From: Octopus sinensis | Lineage: Eukaryota | Assembly (NCBI RefSeq): GCF_006345805.1 | Contig: NC_043005.1 | Coordinates: 62,744,001 to 62,808,000 of the forward strand | DNA length: 64,000 nucleotides | Reading direction: 5' to 3' | Shown here: positions 1-13,050 of the stretch, piece by piece | Numbering within the stretch: position 1 is the stretch's first letter | How the letters are laid out: each line of letters begins with the position of its first letter | Position numbers and translations under genes: made by a program | The notes under the pieces: generated by a model | What the model was told of the DNA's origin: nothing | Databases searched by the model: none | The model's input: the letters and a program-made list of their open reading frames with translations, nothing else

Positions 1-102
1 GTGATATTGGTTGGTTGGTTGGCAATAAGAGCAATATTAATTTGATTTCAAACTGAAATGAAGAAACGATTGATGCTAAAGTACAGCAATATTAAAATGG
101 CG

Positions 103-143
103 TATATATATATATACACACACACATATATATTATATATATA

Positions 144-237
<94 letters not shown>

Positions 238-256
238 TTATATATATACATATATG

Positions 257-301
<45 letters not shown>

Positions 302-372
302 ACATACATATATCTATATACATATATGTATATATGTATGAATATATATATATGTATGAATGTATATATATA
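103..372. repeat. (TA)n-rich compound microsatellite
   Basis: Long imperfect TA run; source of the spurious YI-repeat ORFs 58..375 and 204..458. Confidence 0.95.
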
Positions 373-1204
373 TAATTCAGAATAAATGGATGATGCAGAG
401 TAAATATTAAGAAATATGAGGCGAATTTACAAAGAAGTCCAACTTGATATGTGTGCACATATTTTCATGCTTCTTTGCATGCTTGATTTTGATTGCATAT
501 AGATGTGATTTTATGGATGTATATAACAGCACAAAACACTTTTTTCACAGAAATCATGATCATGATGATAAAAATGAGATTAAATTTTATATATATTTTA
601 TGATAGATAAAATTATATTTTGTTGTATGTATTTTGTGATAAGTAAAAAGAATTAGTGAATGATAAGGTATTTTGTTAAACACTTGTATTAAAAATCACA
701 TTCACTATTTTGGAATACAGAATAATTTACAAAAATCAAATTCATAAAAAGTCCAAATGATAATTTCATCATTCTTAAATCTCATAAATATTCTAAGAAT
801 TCTAGAGATGTATCAAGAAAATGACCATGCAAAATCACCTATTTTATTTGTTACATAACACAGTTTTGATATTTCATACGTTACTTTATTGTTGAAACCT
901 TCGATAGCTCTTTTTATCATTTGAAGATGCTCATAACAATACTTGATTTATATACATAGAATTTTATAGAGAATATACATATATTTATTTATTTCATATA
1001 CACTATTTACATACTATATATTCAAAATATATATACCATGCATTCTGCTATATTATATTTGCTTACACATACACAATTGCTAACTAAACTAATACCCATA
1101 ATTTGTATGCTGCAAATGATTATGAGGATACAATAAAATATGCTTAAATTCATCATTTCAATGTTAATCAATTACCTAAAGAACAAAATGAACAGCAGTA
1201 TATA

Positions 1205-2395
1205 CATGTGTGTGTGTGTGTGTTTGTGTGCGTAGGTATGTATACATATGTATGTATGCATATATATATATATGTTTTGAACATATACATATGTAAGTAA
1301 ATATTAAAATAATATTGCATTGATACACAAATCTAAAATTGATTCTAAACCTAGTAAAAGATGCCTTAATATTATTTAAACTTAAAAAACATATTTACAA
1401 CCTAATTATAGATAAATAAATGAATTTGTTAAAAGCTATTATCCCATGATTAGCAAATAAAGTAGAACTGGTACTAAAAACCCAGCACATTTAAAGCAAT
1501 AGAAATACTAATGAAGAATCATAAGAATTTATTAATGCTATTTTGTGTTTATATTTCATTAAAATAATAAAAAAAGTTACATATATATAACAATATTCTT
1601 TTCTATTCTAGGCACAAGACCAAAATTTTGGGGGAGGGGGCCAGTCAATTAGATCGACCCCAGTATGCAACTGGTACTTAATTTATCAACCCCGAAAGGA
1701 TGAAAGGCAAAGTCGACCTTGGCGGAATTTGAGCTCAGAACACAAAGACAGGAGAAATACCGATAAGTATTTCGCCTAGTGTGCTTACGTTCCTGCCAGC
1801 TTGCCGTCTTCATATATATAACAATATTGATAAAACTGAGTGTGAGCAACTATACCCATATGTTACTGGATGCAAGCACATTAACTTAAAAGCAAGAGAA
1901 AAAAAATTCTTATGTTGGCTTGTGCATATTCAAATACATATTTATTATATTAGTATTGTTCCTGCTGATTTTACATATATATATTTGTGTGTGTGTGTGT
2001 GTGAATGTTTATAAATACATATGTAAGAAAATATTGAAATATATTCCAATGATACACAAATCTAAAATTAATTCTAAAGCTAGTTACAAATGTCTTCAAA
2101 ATTATTTAAGTTTTAAAAATATATTTACTGTCTAAATATAGATAAATAAATGAATTTATTAAAGATTGTTATCTTTGCTTACAAGAAAAATAGTGAGACT
2201 GGTGATAAAAGTCTGCACATTTAGGGCAAATGAAAGAATGAAGAAAAATCAGAATAATTTATTAGTACTGTTTTTTTTTTATATATTAAAGTGATTAAAA
2301 AATCATATATATAACAATATTGATAAAATGGAGTGTTGGCAACTCAACGAAAATGTTACTGGATGCAAGCACATTAAACTGACTCAAAAGCAAAA
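1205..2395. repeat. Diverged local tandem duplication (copy A ~1205-1895 containing a SINE, copy B ~1985-2395)
   Basis: Shared blocks in the same order: ACATATGTAAG, GATACACAAATCTAAAATT, ATAGATAAATAAATGAATTT, CATATATATAACAATATTGATAAAA, TGTTACTGGATGCAAGCACATTAA. Confidence 0.85.
1598..1810 (-). mobile_element. tRNA-derived SINE with Nin/Deu-like central domain, 18-bp TSD
   Basis: Minus strand reads GGCAAGCTGGCAGGAACG...GAGCTCAAATTCCGCC...GACTTTGCCTTTCATCCTTTCGGGGTTGATAAATTAAGTACCAG; perfect TSD CATATATATAACAATATT at 1580-1597 and 1811-1828. Confidence 0.9.
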
Positions 2396-3137
2396 TAATA
2401 AGAAATCAAAATATATACTGAGATAAAAAGGGGTTTGATAACAAAAATATGGAAAAGCAAAATCACACACAATTACTTTCTAAGCATGATGTATGAACAA
2501 TATCTTTTTCTCTACACTATTTCTTTTATAATCCCTTTAGTCCTACACCTATCCTTATCTTTCCCTTATCTCTATTTAAACTTTTTTCTCTTTCTTGTTT
2601 ATATTTTTTTTATTACTAGTCAATTGTTATCTCTGTCAATCTTTCTGTTTCTATTTTTTTAACCATATTTTCTTCATATTATTAGATTTAAAACACGAAT
2701 TTGCCAAAGTTTTCCTATAGGGTGATCACAATTTAGCTGAATGCTGAAACAATAAAATACAACACAGAACAGAACAAAATGGACAAATTTTGAAATAAAT
2801 ACCAAAACTAATAAATAAAATGAATTTGTAGCTCAAATTTCGAGGATGATTAGCTTTCCAACCAGTTTAATTTAAACCTCTAATTTTAAAGTTTTAAGCA
2901 ATTAGAGCTGGTAGAAAATTATTTTCCAACTATTTTTCCCTTGATGTTTTTAAAGAAGCACTAATTTTCCTGTGTCATTTACTCTTCTTTTTAAATAAAC
3001 AATGTGATGTAGATTTATCTTAAAATTCCAGGATTTAGCCGAGTTGTGACCACCTTAGGTTAGGTCAGATTCTTTTAAAGGCAACAAGAAAACTAAGAGA
3101 ATAAATGCTACTTGTGTGGTTGAAAATAAATACAAAC

Positions 3138-3256
3138 CCTTAATAAAAGCTGGATATCCTTAGAACGAAGAAAATGTCTCAGAAAGAAAACATCCTCTTC
3201 ATTTGCAGATAGTCTGTGCTGGAGCTCAGCAAGGGAAGCCACAAGATTCTGTATAT
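3138..3256 (-). CDS. Internal coding exon of a MAGUK p55-subfamily gene (L27 domain; PALS1/MPP5- or MPP7-like)
   Basis: Acceptor ccttcttcttttaaacAG, donor AGG|GTttgt; 119 nt, phase 1 to 0; open frame (x)IQNLVASLAELQHRLSANEEDVFFLRHFLRSKDIQLLLR, matching the helical hydrophobic pattern of N-terminal L27 domains of MPP proteins. Paralog assignment is not secure. Confidence 0.78.
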
Positions 3257-4519
3257 CTGTTTAAAAGAAGAAGGCAAAATTCAGTATGTAACATTCTTTG
3301 TTCTTGATAGCATTCTTATAATTAGCCTAGAGTTAACAAGTTCAGATCCCTTTATGTATTCTGGAAATAACAGAAAAATCTTAGCAAATTTTTCAGACTG
3401 AATATTGAAATTTAATAGAAAGCAAATTTACTTTCCTTTGAATATGTAACGTGAAAATTTGCTCAATTCATAATTTATAACTACTCTTATCATTATTCAT
3501 ATTATAATGCTTTATTAAGTTTTGTAAAAAGAAAATTGTATAGGCAGTTATATTTTCATATGTATTATATAAATATAGGAAAGATATCATAGATATAACT
3601 TAGGTATATGCATATATATTTTTCATTATATTGGTGCACATAGCTGCACATATCTATGTATATATACACAATATTTGACTATTAATTCAAGTGAAACTAG
3701 TGATATTTAATTCTTTCAAGATAAGTAATGTAATTAGAATTTATCTTTCGATTATTAAAGATTAATTCTAGCTTATATAAGATCCATAGTTAGTATTGTA
3801 ACATATAATATTATGATGTATGAGATTGTGAAGACATGAAAAAAGAAAAATATCCATGAAAACTCAATGTAATTCAAATGCCAGTTGGGCTATGTATTAA
3901 ATTCAACACAATAAATGGAGGAATTTTTAAAAAATAATTGAGAGGGAAAGGGAAAACAGATAGTTGACACTATTTGCTATTTGAGATATTAAAGACTTAC
4001 AAGAGAAATAAACTTGTATTTATATCATCATATCAGAGACATTTGTTATGTAAATTCTTTTAAGAAGTATAAATTTTGATAGAAATTGTATTTTTAATAA
4101 AAATGTATGAGCAAATATACATTTGCTCTCATAATTTAATGGTTACATTGTTGCAGCTGAAAGATGTAATTATTTCTGTATAAAGTATGATGAGAAATCA
4201 AAACCTATTTTTCAACAAGGTTATATATATATATTCTCATACAGCCTCAAGTGTGCATTGTGCGTGAGTGTGCGTGTGTGTGTGTGTGTTACTGAGTGAA
4301 CATATTACTTGAAAACTGTTATATGCTAACTCAATAACAAAGAAAAACTAAGAATAATGCAAGATTACAAAACTGTATAAACAACATTTATATACTTAGG
4401 GTAGAGCATACACTTACATACTGCTTTGTATATAAATGCAAGCTACAGATTAGCCTTCAGATGTACAATGAAATAAGCCCACTGAAAATAGATTCTAATG
4501 AAAGCACAATGACGGAATC

Positions 4520-4742
4520 TCTATATAGCCACTAAACTTGGTAGAAATACCATCTTAAAAGAAGGCAGACATTTCGAAAATAGCAGCCAAATCTCTCTCA
4601 AATTACATCCTATCAGCTGTAAGAAAAAGACATATTGTCTGAAGAAAAAGACAAACTGTCTGAAGAACTGGAAATGTCATGGCTAGAATAAGTTTTTGAT
4701 CTTATGTCTATTCAATGTTGATCTGGGCCTAAAGAATGACAA
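4520..4742 (+). repeat. Unclassified interspersed repeat family A
   Basis: Motifs AAATAGCAGCCAAATCTCTCTCAAATTACA...TCATGGCTAGAAT...TTTGATCTTA shared with 11095-11305, 35690-36255 and 46115-46290. Confidence 0.65.
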
Positions 4743-5329
4743 AAAAGTAATTAAAATCTGAATGTAGATTAAACAGAAATCAATAACATTATTAAATTCA
4801 ACATTACTTAATTGTTATTGTGTTAAAAAATATTAGTAACTGATAATTGGTTCTGGATATTCCAAAGTTGTTGTCATGCTTGCTTTCTATGAATTGTAAG
4901 ATGAGAAAAGGTATTTTTATTGTTAAAAGAAGCTTATAGAACTATATCAGGTCACCTCTATTAGCCATAAACAGCTTATATTCTTCATCATCTTCATTAA
5001 CTCCTGACACCCTACATTACAATACATATCCATCATGTCTACCATCAGTATTAACTTGTTGGACATCTTAATTTTTCATTGACTACCATCAACTCTTTCG
5101 ACCTCAGTTTCACTTACTCCATCAGTTCTTATACCTCTGTAATCTTTGTAATTGAGATTCCAACTTCAAGGCTCAATCACATCACATAGTCTTCTACTTT
5201 CTATAACTGTTGAGGCTGCATGTCATTGTTATTGACAATACCACTGTCTTTACTATTAACCATACATTCATCTTTACCATTGACTACATCCTGCATCTAC
5301 CCCATTACCAACCACCTTCACTTCCTTCT

Positions 5330-5760
5330 GATTCTCTGTCTTGCAACCTTATTTCTTCAGCACACCATCCCTTCTGTCCCCTTTCTAGCTTCTCTTTATA
5401 TCTTTCCTAAATACACTCTCTTTTCCTTCAGGTGTGATCATAATCTGCATAACTTTCTGATTCACAACTCCTGCATTTCTCACACTATCTAACAGATTCT
5501 TTGCCTGATCCTGATGTAATCCAAATCTCATTATATAGAACATCGCCACCCAATAAAGACCTAGTTCATTTTCCATGCCATGAACTACTTCACCTATACC
5601 TCAAACATCATGATAAATATATAAAATGCCAATACTGCGGCTTATTGTGTGTTGGAGAAACTATCTGATGGCTGACTGATGATTTTACAGAATACTTAAT
5701 GTAGCAACACTGGATCATTCAAATCTAGTTTTTCACTCCAATTTTCTAGACCGCAACCAC
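5330..5760 (+). mobile_element. Decayed Penelope-like element (linker and GIY-YIG endonuclease relic)
   Basis: Translates to SFRCDHNLHNFLIHN (cf. xYRRxxNLRDxLVxS) and, with frameshifts, FTYTSNI...IKCQYCGLLCVGETI*WLTDDFTEYL (cf. CxxCxxxYIGETxRxLxxRxxEH). Confidence 0.65.
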
Positions 5761-7609
5761 CTTTATCTTATCATTTGAAGCATTTTAAACATTGCCATCT
5801 CCCACTTGGACCATAATTGATTTTCTGATAATAAGGCAGCTGTCCCATTTAAGATTAATAATTAAGGTGTTTTCCACTAAAATTCTACCTTTTCATATAA
5901 AGTACACTCTACACAATTTGATATATGCCATTGCATGCACTTCACCTTTCCCCTTTTCTTCACTTACACATTCATATATAAACCATTCTACTAAACTACC
6001 ACAAATGAATACACACTACTTACACTGTTAGAACCACTGACATAGCTGCAGATCAGATCTATATCTATTCTTTAGCACATGTGCATATACACACACAACC
6101 TATGATACACTTCATTTCTCACTTTTTATGCTCTTTTTATCTCAACCATACAACACTACACCATGTTCACATCTTTCATATACACACATAATGTACACAA
6201 AACTAACTTACCTCTCATTCACCCACACAATACAAACAATCTAGCCACACACTGGACTATTTATTGCTCACATAACTTAATATGTTAATATATACTTCAT
6301 AACATCTTACTACACTTATATTGCTATATCCCCTTAGCTTCCTCCATTTAATGCAAACTTCCATTCTATCCACTTCCACTAAACTATTTATCATGCTGTT
6401 CTCTTTCCTTGACAAAAGATCACCATCAACAACATTGAATTTATCTGCTCCTTTCCTCACAGCATAACTTTGTTCTCTTGTTCATGTTGTCTTTAACATT
6501 CTTTTGCTTTGCATTGTGACTCTATTTGGATATTCCATAACCGCACTGATGCTAACTAGCCATGTTACCACTGGATTTATATATAAATCAATTTTAACTT
6601 TTAGTATTTTACTTTCTTCCTCAAGTAATTACAAATGTTTCATAATGATACATTTGTCCGTTTGATTTCATTAAGATATACATGTGTGTATGTGGGTGTG
6701 TGTGTGTTTGTACATATATTTTCTTCCAAAACATTCAATTAATTACATGTAGTGAAAAATCAAATTAAATATCACATGGAAATTTTTGATTACATCAAAA
6801 CAGAAAATTATATTTTCAATGTTCACGTAATTAACTGGAATATAAATTCAAATAAAAAATGAAATGTGATCAAAGAATGACTTATTTTGCTTAAACAAAT
6901 ACCACACATCTAACAATATTTCCCCACCTAAGAAATGATAACTTCACATGTTTTAATAACATAATTATCAAGATTTGATATACACAGCATAGCAATGTTG
7001 AACCCCCAGGTTAAAATTCTAAATATATTTGCTTTTGCAGGGAGGAAGATAGAAATAACAAAAGTTCTAAATCAAATACTATTAAATGACAAAATGAGAT
7101 GATGGAAGAATATCATCAAAAATTATGAACTTTACAGTCTATAAAATGAATGTTGTAACTTTTACCATGTGAAACTAAGCTAATTTCTTTATTATTGTAC
7201 TAAAAGTTCATTACTCATCTCTGAATAACTAAAAACAAAATATATAAAACATTCTGAGTGAACTAAAACAAAATTTATGAATAGTGATTGTTGTTGCAGG
7301 CTTTGATTTTTGATTTGGCATAAGTACACATACTAATGACATATGAAAAGAATAAGTAAAATCACCAGATTTCCAAATTAAAACATTCATGGCCCTAGCA
7401 TCATCACAGTTTACATATGGGAACAGGCAAAAAAAGTAAGCATAAGGAGAAATCATATGACATTTACCCTACAAAATTATATGTGATGTGAAACACAACC
7501 TAATATGTCTAACAGAAAGTGTCAAATAATGATTTTTATGCATGATAAAAACTTCAAAAGTCTAACAAAAACAATTAAGCAAAAGCAGAAATTAATATTC
7601 CTTCCACAG

Positions 7610-8654
7610 TGTACAGGATAACAGCAAGATCCTCCTACAAAATGTTCTGCATGTTCTTGAGAGATCACTGCGGTAATGATTTTACACTGCTATCGTGGGC
7701 AAGTGCTAAATTTTGCTGCACAGCTGAAAGTCCTCTGTGCAGTAATATATTGTGTGCATGGTGCTTTACAACCAATAGTCACTGAGCTTCAGCATCATTT
7801 TCATCAAATCAGTCTCTGTGTCTGGCAGTAGCTTATCCCAGCGTTTCAGCAGTACATTGAAGAACCTGGTCTCAAAAACCTTCCCATACTGTAGTATTTT
7901 CAATGCTAGACAAGCGAGTCTGAAGTGCTTTCCTCAACACAGCATCATATATCTTGTGGACATTCAGATGCCGAGGAATGCCAACAGGCCCTCTTCTCTC
8001 TTTCACTCTAATCCTCATTGCAACTTTGCTCGCACCAGACTGTAGTCTGTCCAACATTCCAATCCATGGAAGGACTTAACATTGCAAATGTCATAGATGT
8101 CACACTTGCAGATGAAGACATAATCCAGCAAGAGCCAAACTTTAGATCTTGGATGCATCCACATTGTTGTGCAATCACCTTTGTGCATAAAATGAGTGCT
8201 TGCGATGTAAAGTTGACGTTCATTGCAAAGCTCCAGGAGCATGAGACCATTGCTATTCATTTTCCCTACACCAAAATGTCCTAGAGAGTTCCATGTTTAC
8301 CAGTCTGTTCCAACCCTGGCATTGAAATCCCCCAATAGAATGACTATATCAGAATTGGGGATTTTCCTAAGTATGGCTCTCAGATGCATATAAAAAATAG
8401 TTTTATCTTCATCAGAATTAGTCAAAGAAGGTGCATAGACACTTATTAGAGCTGCAAACCACCCACCTTTCAGGTGCAATCGTAAAGTCGTTAGACATTT
8501 ATTTATAAGAACAGGAAGCTCCTCCAATTTCTTAAGGATATCTGATTGAACTGCAAAGCCAACAGCAGACAGTCTGCACTCCTTCAGCCTCCCCTTCCAA
8601 AAAAGGTGTATCCACCTCCTACTTCCTCAAGCTGACCACCTTCTATACAAGTCT
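7610..8654 (-). mobile_element. RTE (BovB-like) LINE fragment, APE endonuclease region, frameshifted
   Basis: Peptides GGGYTF, ISVYAPSLTNSDEDK, LLGDFNARVG, NSNGLMLLELC, WMHPRSKVWLLLDYV, ECWTDYSLV are the canonical RTE endonuclease motifs. Confidence 0.93.
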
Positions 8655-8671
8655 ATATATAGACTTGTATA

Positions 8672-8813
8672 TGCAAGAGTGGTTGCATCATAAGCAGCTT
8701 GCTTTCCAACCACATGGTCCCAGGTTCAGTCACACTGCATGGCAACTTGGGCAAGTATCTACTGCTATAGACTTGGGCTGACCAAAGCCATGTGAGTGGA
8801 TTTGGTAGACGGA

Positions 8814-8879
<66 letters not shown>

Positions 8880-9085
8880 ATTTGTGTTTGACCCCCACCA
8901 TCACTTGACAACTGATGTTGATGTGTTTACATCATTGTCACATAGCAGTTCAGCAAAAAGAGACTGAGAGAATAAGCATTAGGCTTACAAAGAATAAGTC
9001 CTGGGATTGATTTGTTCGACGAAAGGTGGTGCTCCAGTGTAGTCACAGTCAAATGACTGAAACAAATAAAAGAATAAAAGCAAAG
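8672..9085 (+). mobile_element. tRNA-derived CORE-type SINE with internal (TA)n
   Basis: B-box-like GGTTCAGTC, CORE-like CTTGGGCAAGT, GTGAGTGGATTTGGTAGACGGAAAC, 3' end ATGACTGAAACAAATAAAAGAATAAAAG; about ten copies in the window. Confidence 0.85.
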
Positions 9086-9376
9086 AATGTGTGTGTTGTG
9101 TGTGTTAATGTTTGCTTTTATGTTCAGTTATAGTAAAAAGCAACAATTTTATATTAATCTGATGTGTCATTCTATACTTTCATAGAGTGAAAATTTATTA
9201 TTTTTAAACAAAAATGCTGTTGATAGTGACTTCGAAATTTCAGCCAGTTAAGTCATCTGATGATGCAAATATTAATGGTCTTTGATATTTTGAATATACT
9301 TTCTAAGAAATAGAAACCAGGAAAACTTCAATTACAGGAACATGAACACTTTTGTGGAAGCCAAGGAAACGTGTGG

Positions 9377-9386
9377 ATGTGTGTGT

Positions 9387-9433
<47 letters not shown>

Positions 9434-9434
9434 G

Positions 9435-9480
<46 letters not shown>
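9377..9480. repeat. (GT)n(GA)n microsatellite
   Basis: Direct observation. Confidence 0.95.
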
Positions 9481-9482
<2 letters not shown>

Positions 9483-9749
9483 GATCACCATTTTACAGCT
9501 TGCTCTTGTAAGTTAATATGAACTAGAAAGCTTTAAAAGAATCTCTCCACTCATTGTCAGCTGGCAGAGAAACAGATACTTTTGCTATTGTCTGTGCATT
9601 TATTTCATTTTATTGTGCTACTATCAACAGAGATGTTATCATCAGAGAGATAACAAAAAAAAAAAAAAATGAGTCCTCTTTAACCTATCTTTAAAATATG
9701 TATACAAATACACATTCGTTCTCTTATACATGGTTACATACACCTGTAA

Positions 9750-10120
9750 AAAGTGCAGAGAGTCTAATGCTTGTGTACAAAGTGCAATATTGTACAGTAG
9801 CAATATATGGGCATAAACTGAAGAGGAATGCAAAAGCTGAAAAGAAAAAGCATGCATGCACTGCTGAATGTGTAATGTTAGTAGATATGAACAGCAAAGC
9901 ACAAATAAACAGAGAGCACAAGAGATATAGCTGCACTGGTACAGATGTGCAATGTATACAGAGAATAACAGAAGGGGAAAAAGGTTTCTAGGAATCCAAG
10001 AGGAAGGAAGCTGCTGATGAGGAGAACTTGAGAAGACATGGGAAGAGGTGGTGAAAGCCAATCTCAGGAGGTTGAACTTCATCAAAGAGTTAACAAGGAA
10101 TTGCAACAAGTGGTGTGAAA
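9750..10120 (+). mobile_element. Decayed RTE LINE 3' ORF fragment
   Basis: VQSAILYSSNIWA and KTWEEVVKANLRRLNFIKELTRNCNKW resemble the RTE C-terminus also seen at 20040-20130 and 28960-29216. Confidence 0.7.
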
Positions 10121-11094
10121 ATGGGGAAAAGGATGTAGAATGATTATATACATCGATACAATATGCTATGTTACTAGTTGTGTATAACATTTTGCTTTCT
10201 TTTTGAAACATTCTTTTATAAAATCACAGAAAAATTTGCATTTTCTAAATTTTGTATTGAAACAAATAAGCCTTGTGAAAATTACAGCTCCAGCAATCAA
10301 GCAAATGCCTTTTAGAGTTAATATATTTTCATGAAAAATCATTGCTACAACTTCAGAAATATTAGAAACTAAGGCATCGAATAGAAATCATAAATTTGTT
10401 TGGAATTACAAATTTCAATCTAATTATGAACTTTATCATTTTAGAGTAAAGCAGCTATAAATGAAATAAAGATATATAGTTACAAGGTTGCTTATATATT
10501 CTTAAATACTTCAAAGATTAGCTTTTATTTTCGTTTGCTGATAACATAGATGTTGCATAAAAGCTAAGATACATTAAGGATCTCAACAAAATTTTCTTAA
10601 ACTTCAACTACACACACATGCTTATATACACTTACGTGTACACAGAAAAGCTAAACTTATTTACATAATATATATATTTTGCTTACATTACTTTTTGAAT
10701 TTCTAAACATTACTTTAGAGTTAGCTATTTGCAGCACTGAAACCTGAAGGCAACATCATTTGAACACTACTCGCATGTTCCTGTTTTGTTACTTTGTATC
10801 CTTATTATTTATCAGTCTCAAACTATTAAATAACTGTAAAAGGTAAACCTGTTTTATATTGTTTTTATATTGGTTACCAGAAATTATGAAAGTATGATAT
10901 AATACATTCTAAAATTCTGTTTCATTTCATTGATTAAATAACTGAAAGCAATATTATCAAATATACTATTAATTTTCTTGTGTATTTAGTTGCACTTCCT
11001 TTTCTTCTACCTTTGAGTTTATCTGCAAGAACAGAATATACTCTATTGAGTTTACATCTTGGAAAGCATATTCTCTTTCATGTAAATATATATG

Positions 11095-11305
11095 GCAGTT
11101 AATTAGCACCAGATCAACTCTCTAAATGATTACATGCTAGAAATAGCACCAAATTCCCTCAAATCAAACACTACCATCTCACAAAAAATGAAGAATTCAT
11201 TAGAGAGCAGAATCCTAGACTTACAAAATACTGAGTTATTACATTTGGAATGCCTTTGATCTTAGGATTGCTCAATCAGGGCTGATCTAGGATTAAATAA
11301 CAGTC
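11095..11305 (+). repeat. Unclassified interspersed repeat family A
   Basis: CTAGAAATAGCACCAAATTCCCTCAAATCA...GGAATGCCTTTGATCTTAGG...TCAGGGCTGATCTAGG. Confidence 0.65.
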
Positions 11306-12164
11306 TAGCAAAGCACTACTCCTAGTGACATCGACAGTATATTTTGCATTAAGTGCAAAAACATATATATATTTTCCAAACTAAATCAGCTATATTAATT
11401 ATAATTTTTAGTCTTCCCAGCTTTTATCACCTGATCTTATTTCATTTTCTTTACTGTAATTGTATTCCCATCCTAATATATGTACAAGGTAATCCATGAC
11501 AAGTCAAATATTTTTATTTAATCAGCTTGCTTCTTTATGCGACAATGTATTCTTCTCTTCTAAAAGTTTCAGCGTATACATTTTTCTAAAAGTTACATTG
11601 TTAAAATTCCTTACTGACCAATATTATATATATAATTCCTTACTAACCAATGTTATATATTTTATCACTTTAATTCCAAAGTATTTTAAGTAACATGTAT
11701 TGGTGAAGTTCATTCAAACTGCTGACTCTTTGCTTGCTTACGATGAAACAAACATCTATTCTGCAGTAAAATTATTTTACCACATAGTTAGGTTTGAACT
11801 GTAACCTAACAGCCTTCCTCATCATCATCACCATTTTATATCTGTTTTTCGTTGCATACATAGGATGGATGAGTCTTCTCAAGTACAGCGACTTACTGCT
11901 TGTTGCAGTTCTTCGTCTTGTTCATGTAGTTCAGCTTCCTGAAATGTTTCTGGCAACTCCTTCCCATTTTTCCTTAGTCTTCTGCTCACACTACTACCTT
12001 TTACTTGGATCATGTGTGGTATTCTTTTACTCAACTATCAACTTGCTGAGAGCATTTCTTTACATGCTTCCATGATACTCACAAACCATTTATCTACATC
12101 TAGTTTTCTTAGTGCCTATCAGACTACAAAGCATGATACAATGAACTTTTCCAGATCAGTGAAT

Positions 12165-12665
12165 GCTAGTTGGACAATCCTGGGGTCATTTCCCTGAAGT
12201 GAGCTCACTGAATAAGACTTGGTGTGGGAACTTTGATTCTTCCAGTCTTGCTACATGCCCTAGCCATCAAAGATGGTGTTCCATTATCAGTGATTTGATA
12301 CATTGGCTGTTGGCTCTTTCCAGGATTTTCTAGTTGGTCACATATCATGACCAACTCAAAGCAACACTGAAAGCCACTGAACCTAAATCGTTTCAAACTC
12401 ATGCCCAACACCGTACCAAGAGGCAGTGTTCCATCACCATTGGAACCAAAAACTTCAAAGCCACCAGAAGAGAAAAGGAAGAGATCAAACAACAGAAGAG
12501 AAAGGCTCGACAAAATCAACCTCATCCTCCACTAACATTACCATGCAGTCAATGCCATCAACTCTTCTATGCAAGAACTGATCTATAGAGTCATCAATGA
12601 TCTCACCATAAAGGAAGCGTTAAGCAAAGAAGAAACTAAATTCTCAGATACAAGATAAAGCTGCC
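12165..12665 (+). mobile_element. 5'-truncated RTE (BovB-like) LINE 3' end with inverted 5' segment
   Basis: 12341-12610 (+): YHDQLKATLK...PCSQCHQLFYARTDL*SHQ*SH (terminal C2H2 finger); 12165-12340 (-): ILERANSQCIKSLIMEHHL*WLGHVARLEESKFPHQVLFSELTSGK*PQ. Confidence 0.85.
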
Positions 12666-12684
12666 ACCCCCACTGCTGATTGCT

Positions 12685-13050
12685 TGTAATGTTTGTTCTT
12701 TGCTGAGAACATTTTCTGTAACTGTCTCACTTATAAAAAGACATCAGTGATGCCATGTCTGAACTTCATTAAATCTAAGCTAATTTTTTTCTTAATGACT
12801 TATGCAATAACTCCTTTTTCTGTCTTCTATAATTTGATCCATTAGTTTGATGCTTCTGTAGTTGTTTGTTTCTAGAGTATTCTCTCTCCATTTTTAGCTG
12901 TTAATTGTGATACTACTACACCAGTCATTAGAATATTTATAGTGACAAATAGTGATGAACAACATGGTACTTCAAATTATTGATTTAAAGAGAAGTTGTG
13001 ACTTTTCTTATCATTAAAAATTTATTTATTGTAGTATCTACCTCTCCTAT
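12685..13050 (-). mobile_element. Old RTE LINE RT-domain fragment
   Basis: Minus strand gives WCSSITIN...NNYRSIKLMDQI...IKKKISLD...VRQLQKMFSAKNKH. Confidence 0.7.

Noticed and set aside
58-458. ORFs rich in YI/IY repeats (also 32029-32416, 44591-45004)
   Set aside because: Translations of (TA)n/(CA)n microsatellites.
2690-2743. Minus-strand acceptor (ttgtattttattgtttcAG) downstream of the L27 exon
   Set aside because: Phase-0 reading stops after five codons (HSAKL*) and does not continue the L27 domain.
3209-3283. Plus-strand 75-nt AG..GT pseudo-exon (IVCAGAQQGKPQDSVYLFKRRRQNS)
   Set aside because: Overlaps the minus-strand exon, which has a better acceptor and a recognisable L27 pattern.
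9642-10211. Longest ORF in the track (189 aa, minus strand)
   Set aside because: Antisense of a decayed RTE fragment; no protein-like features.
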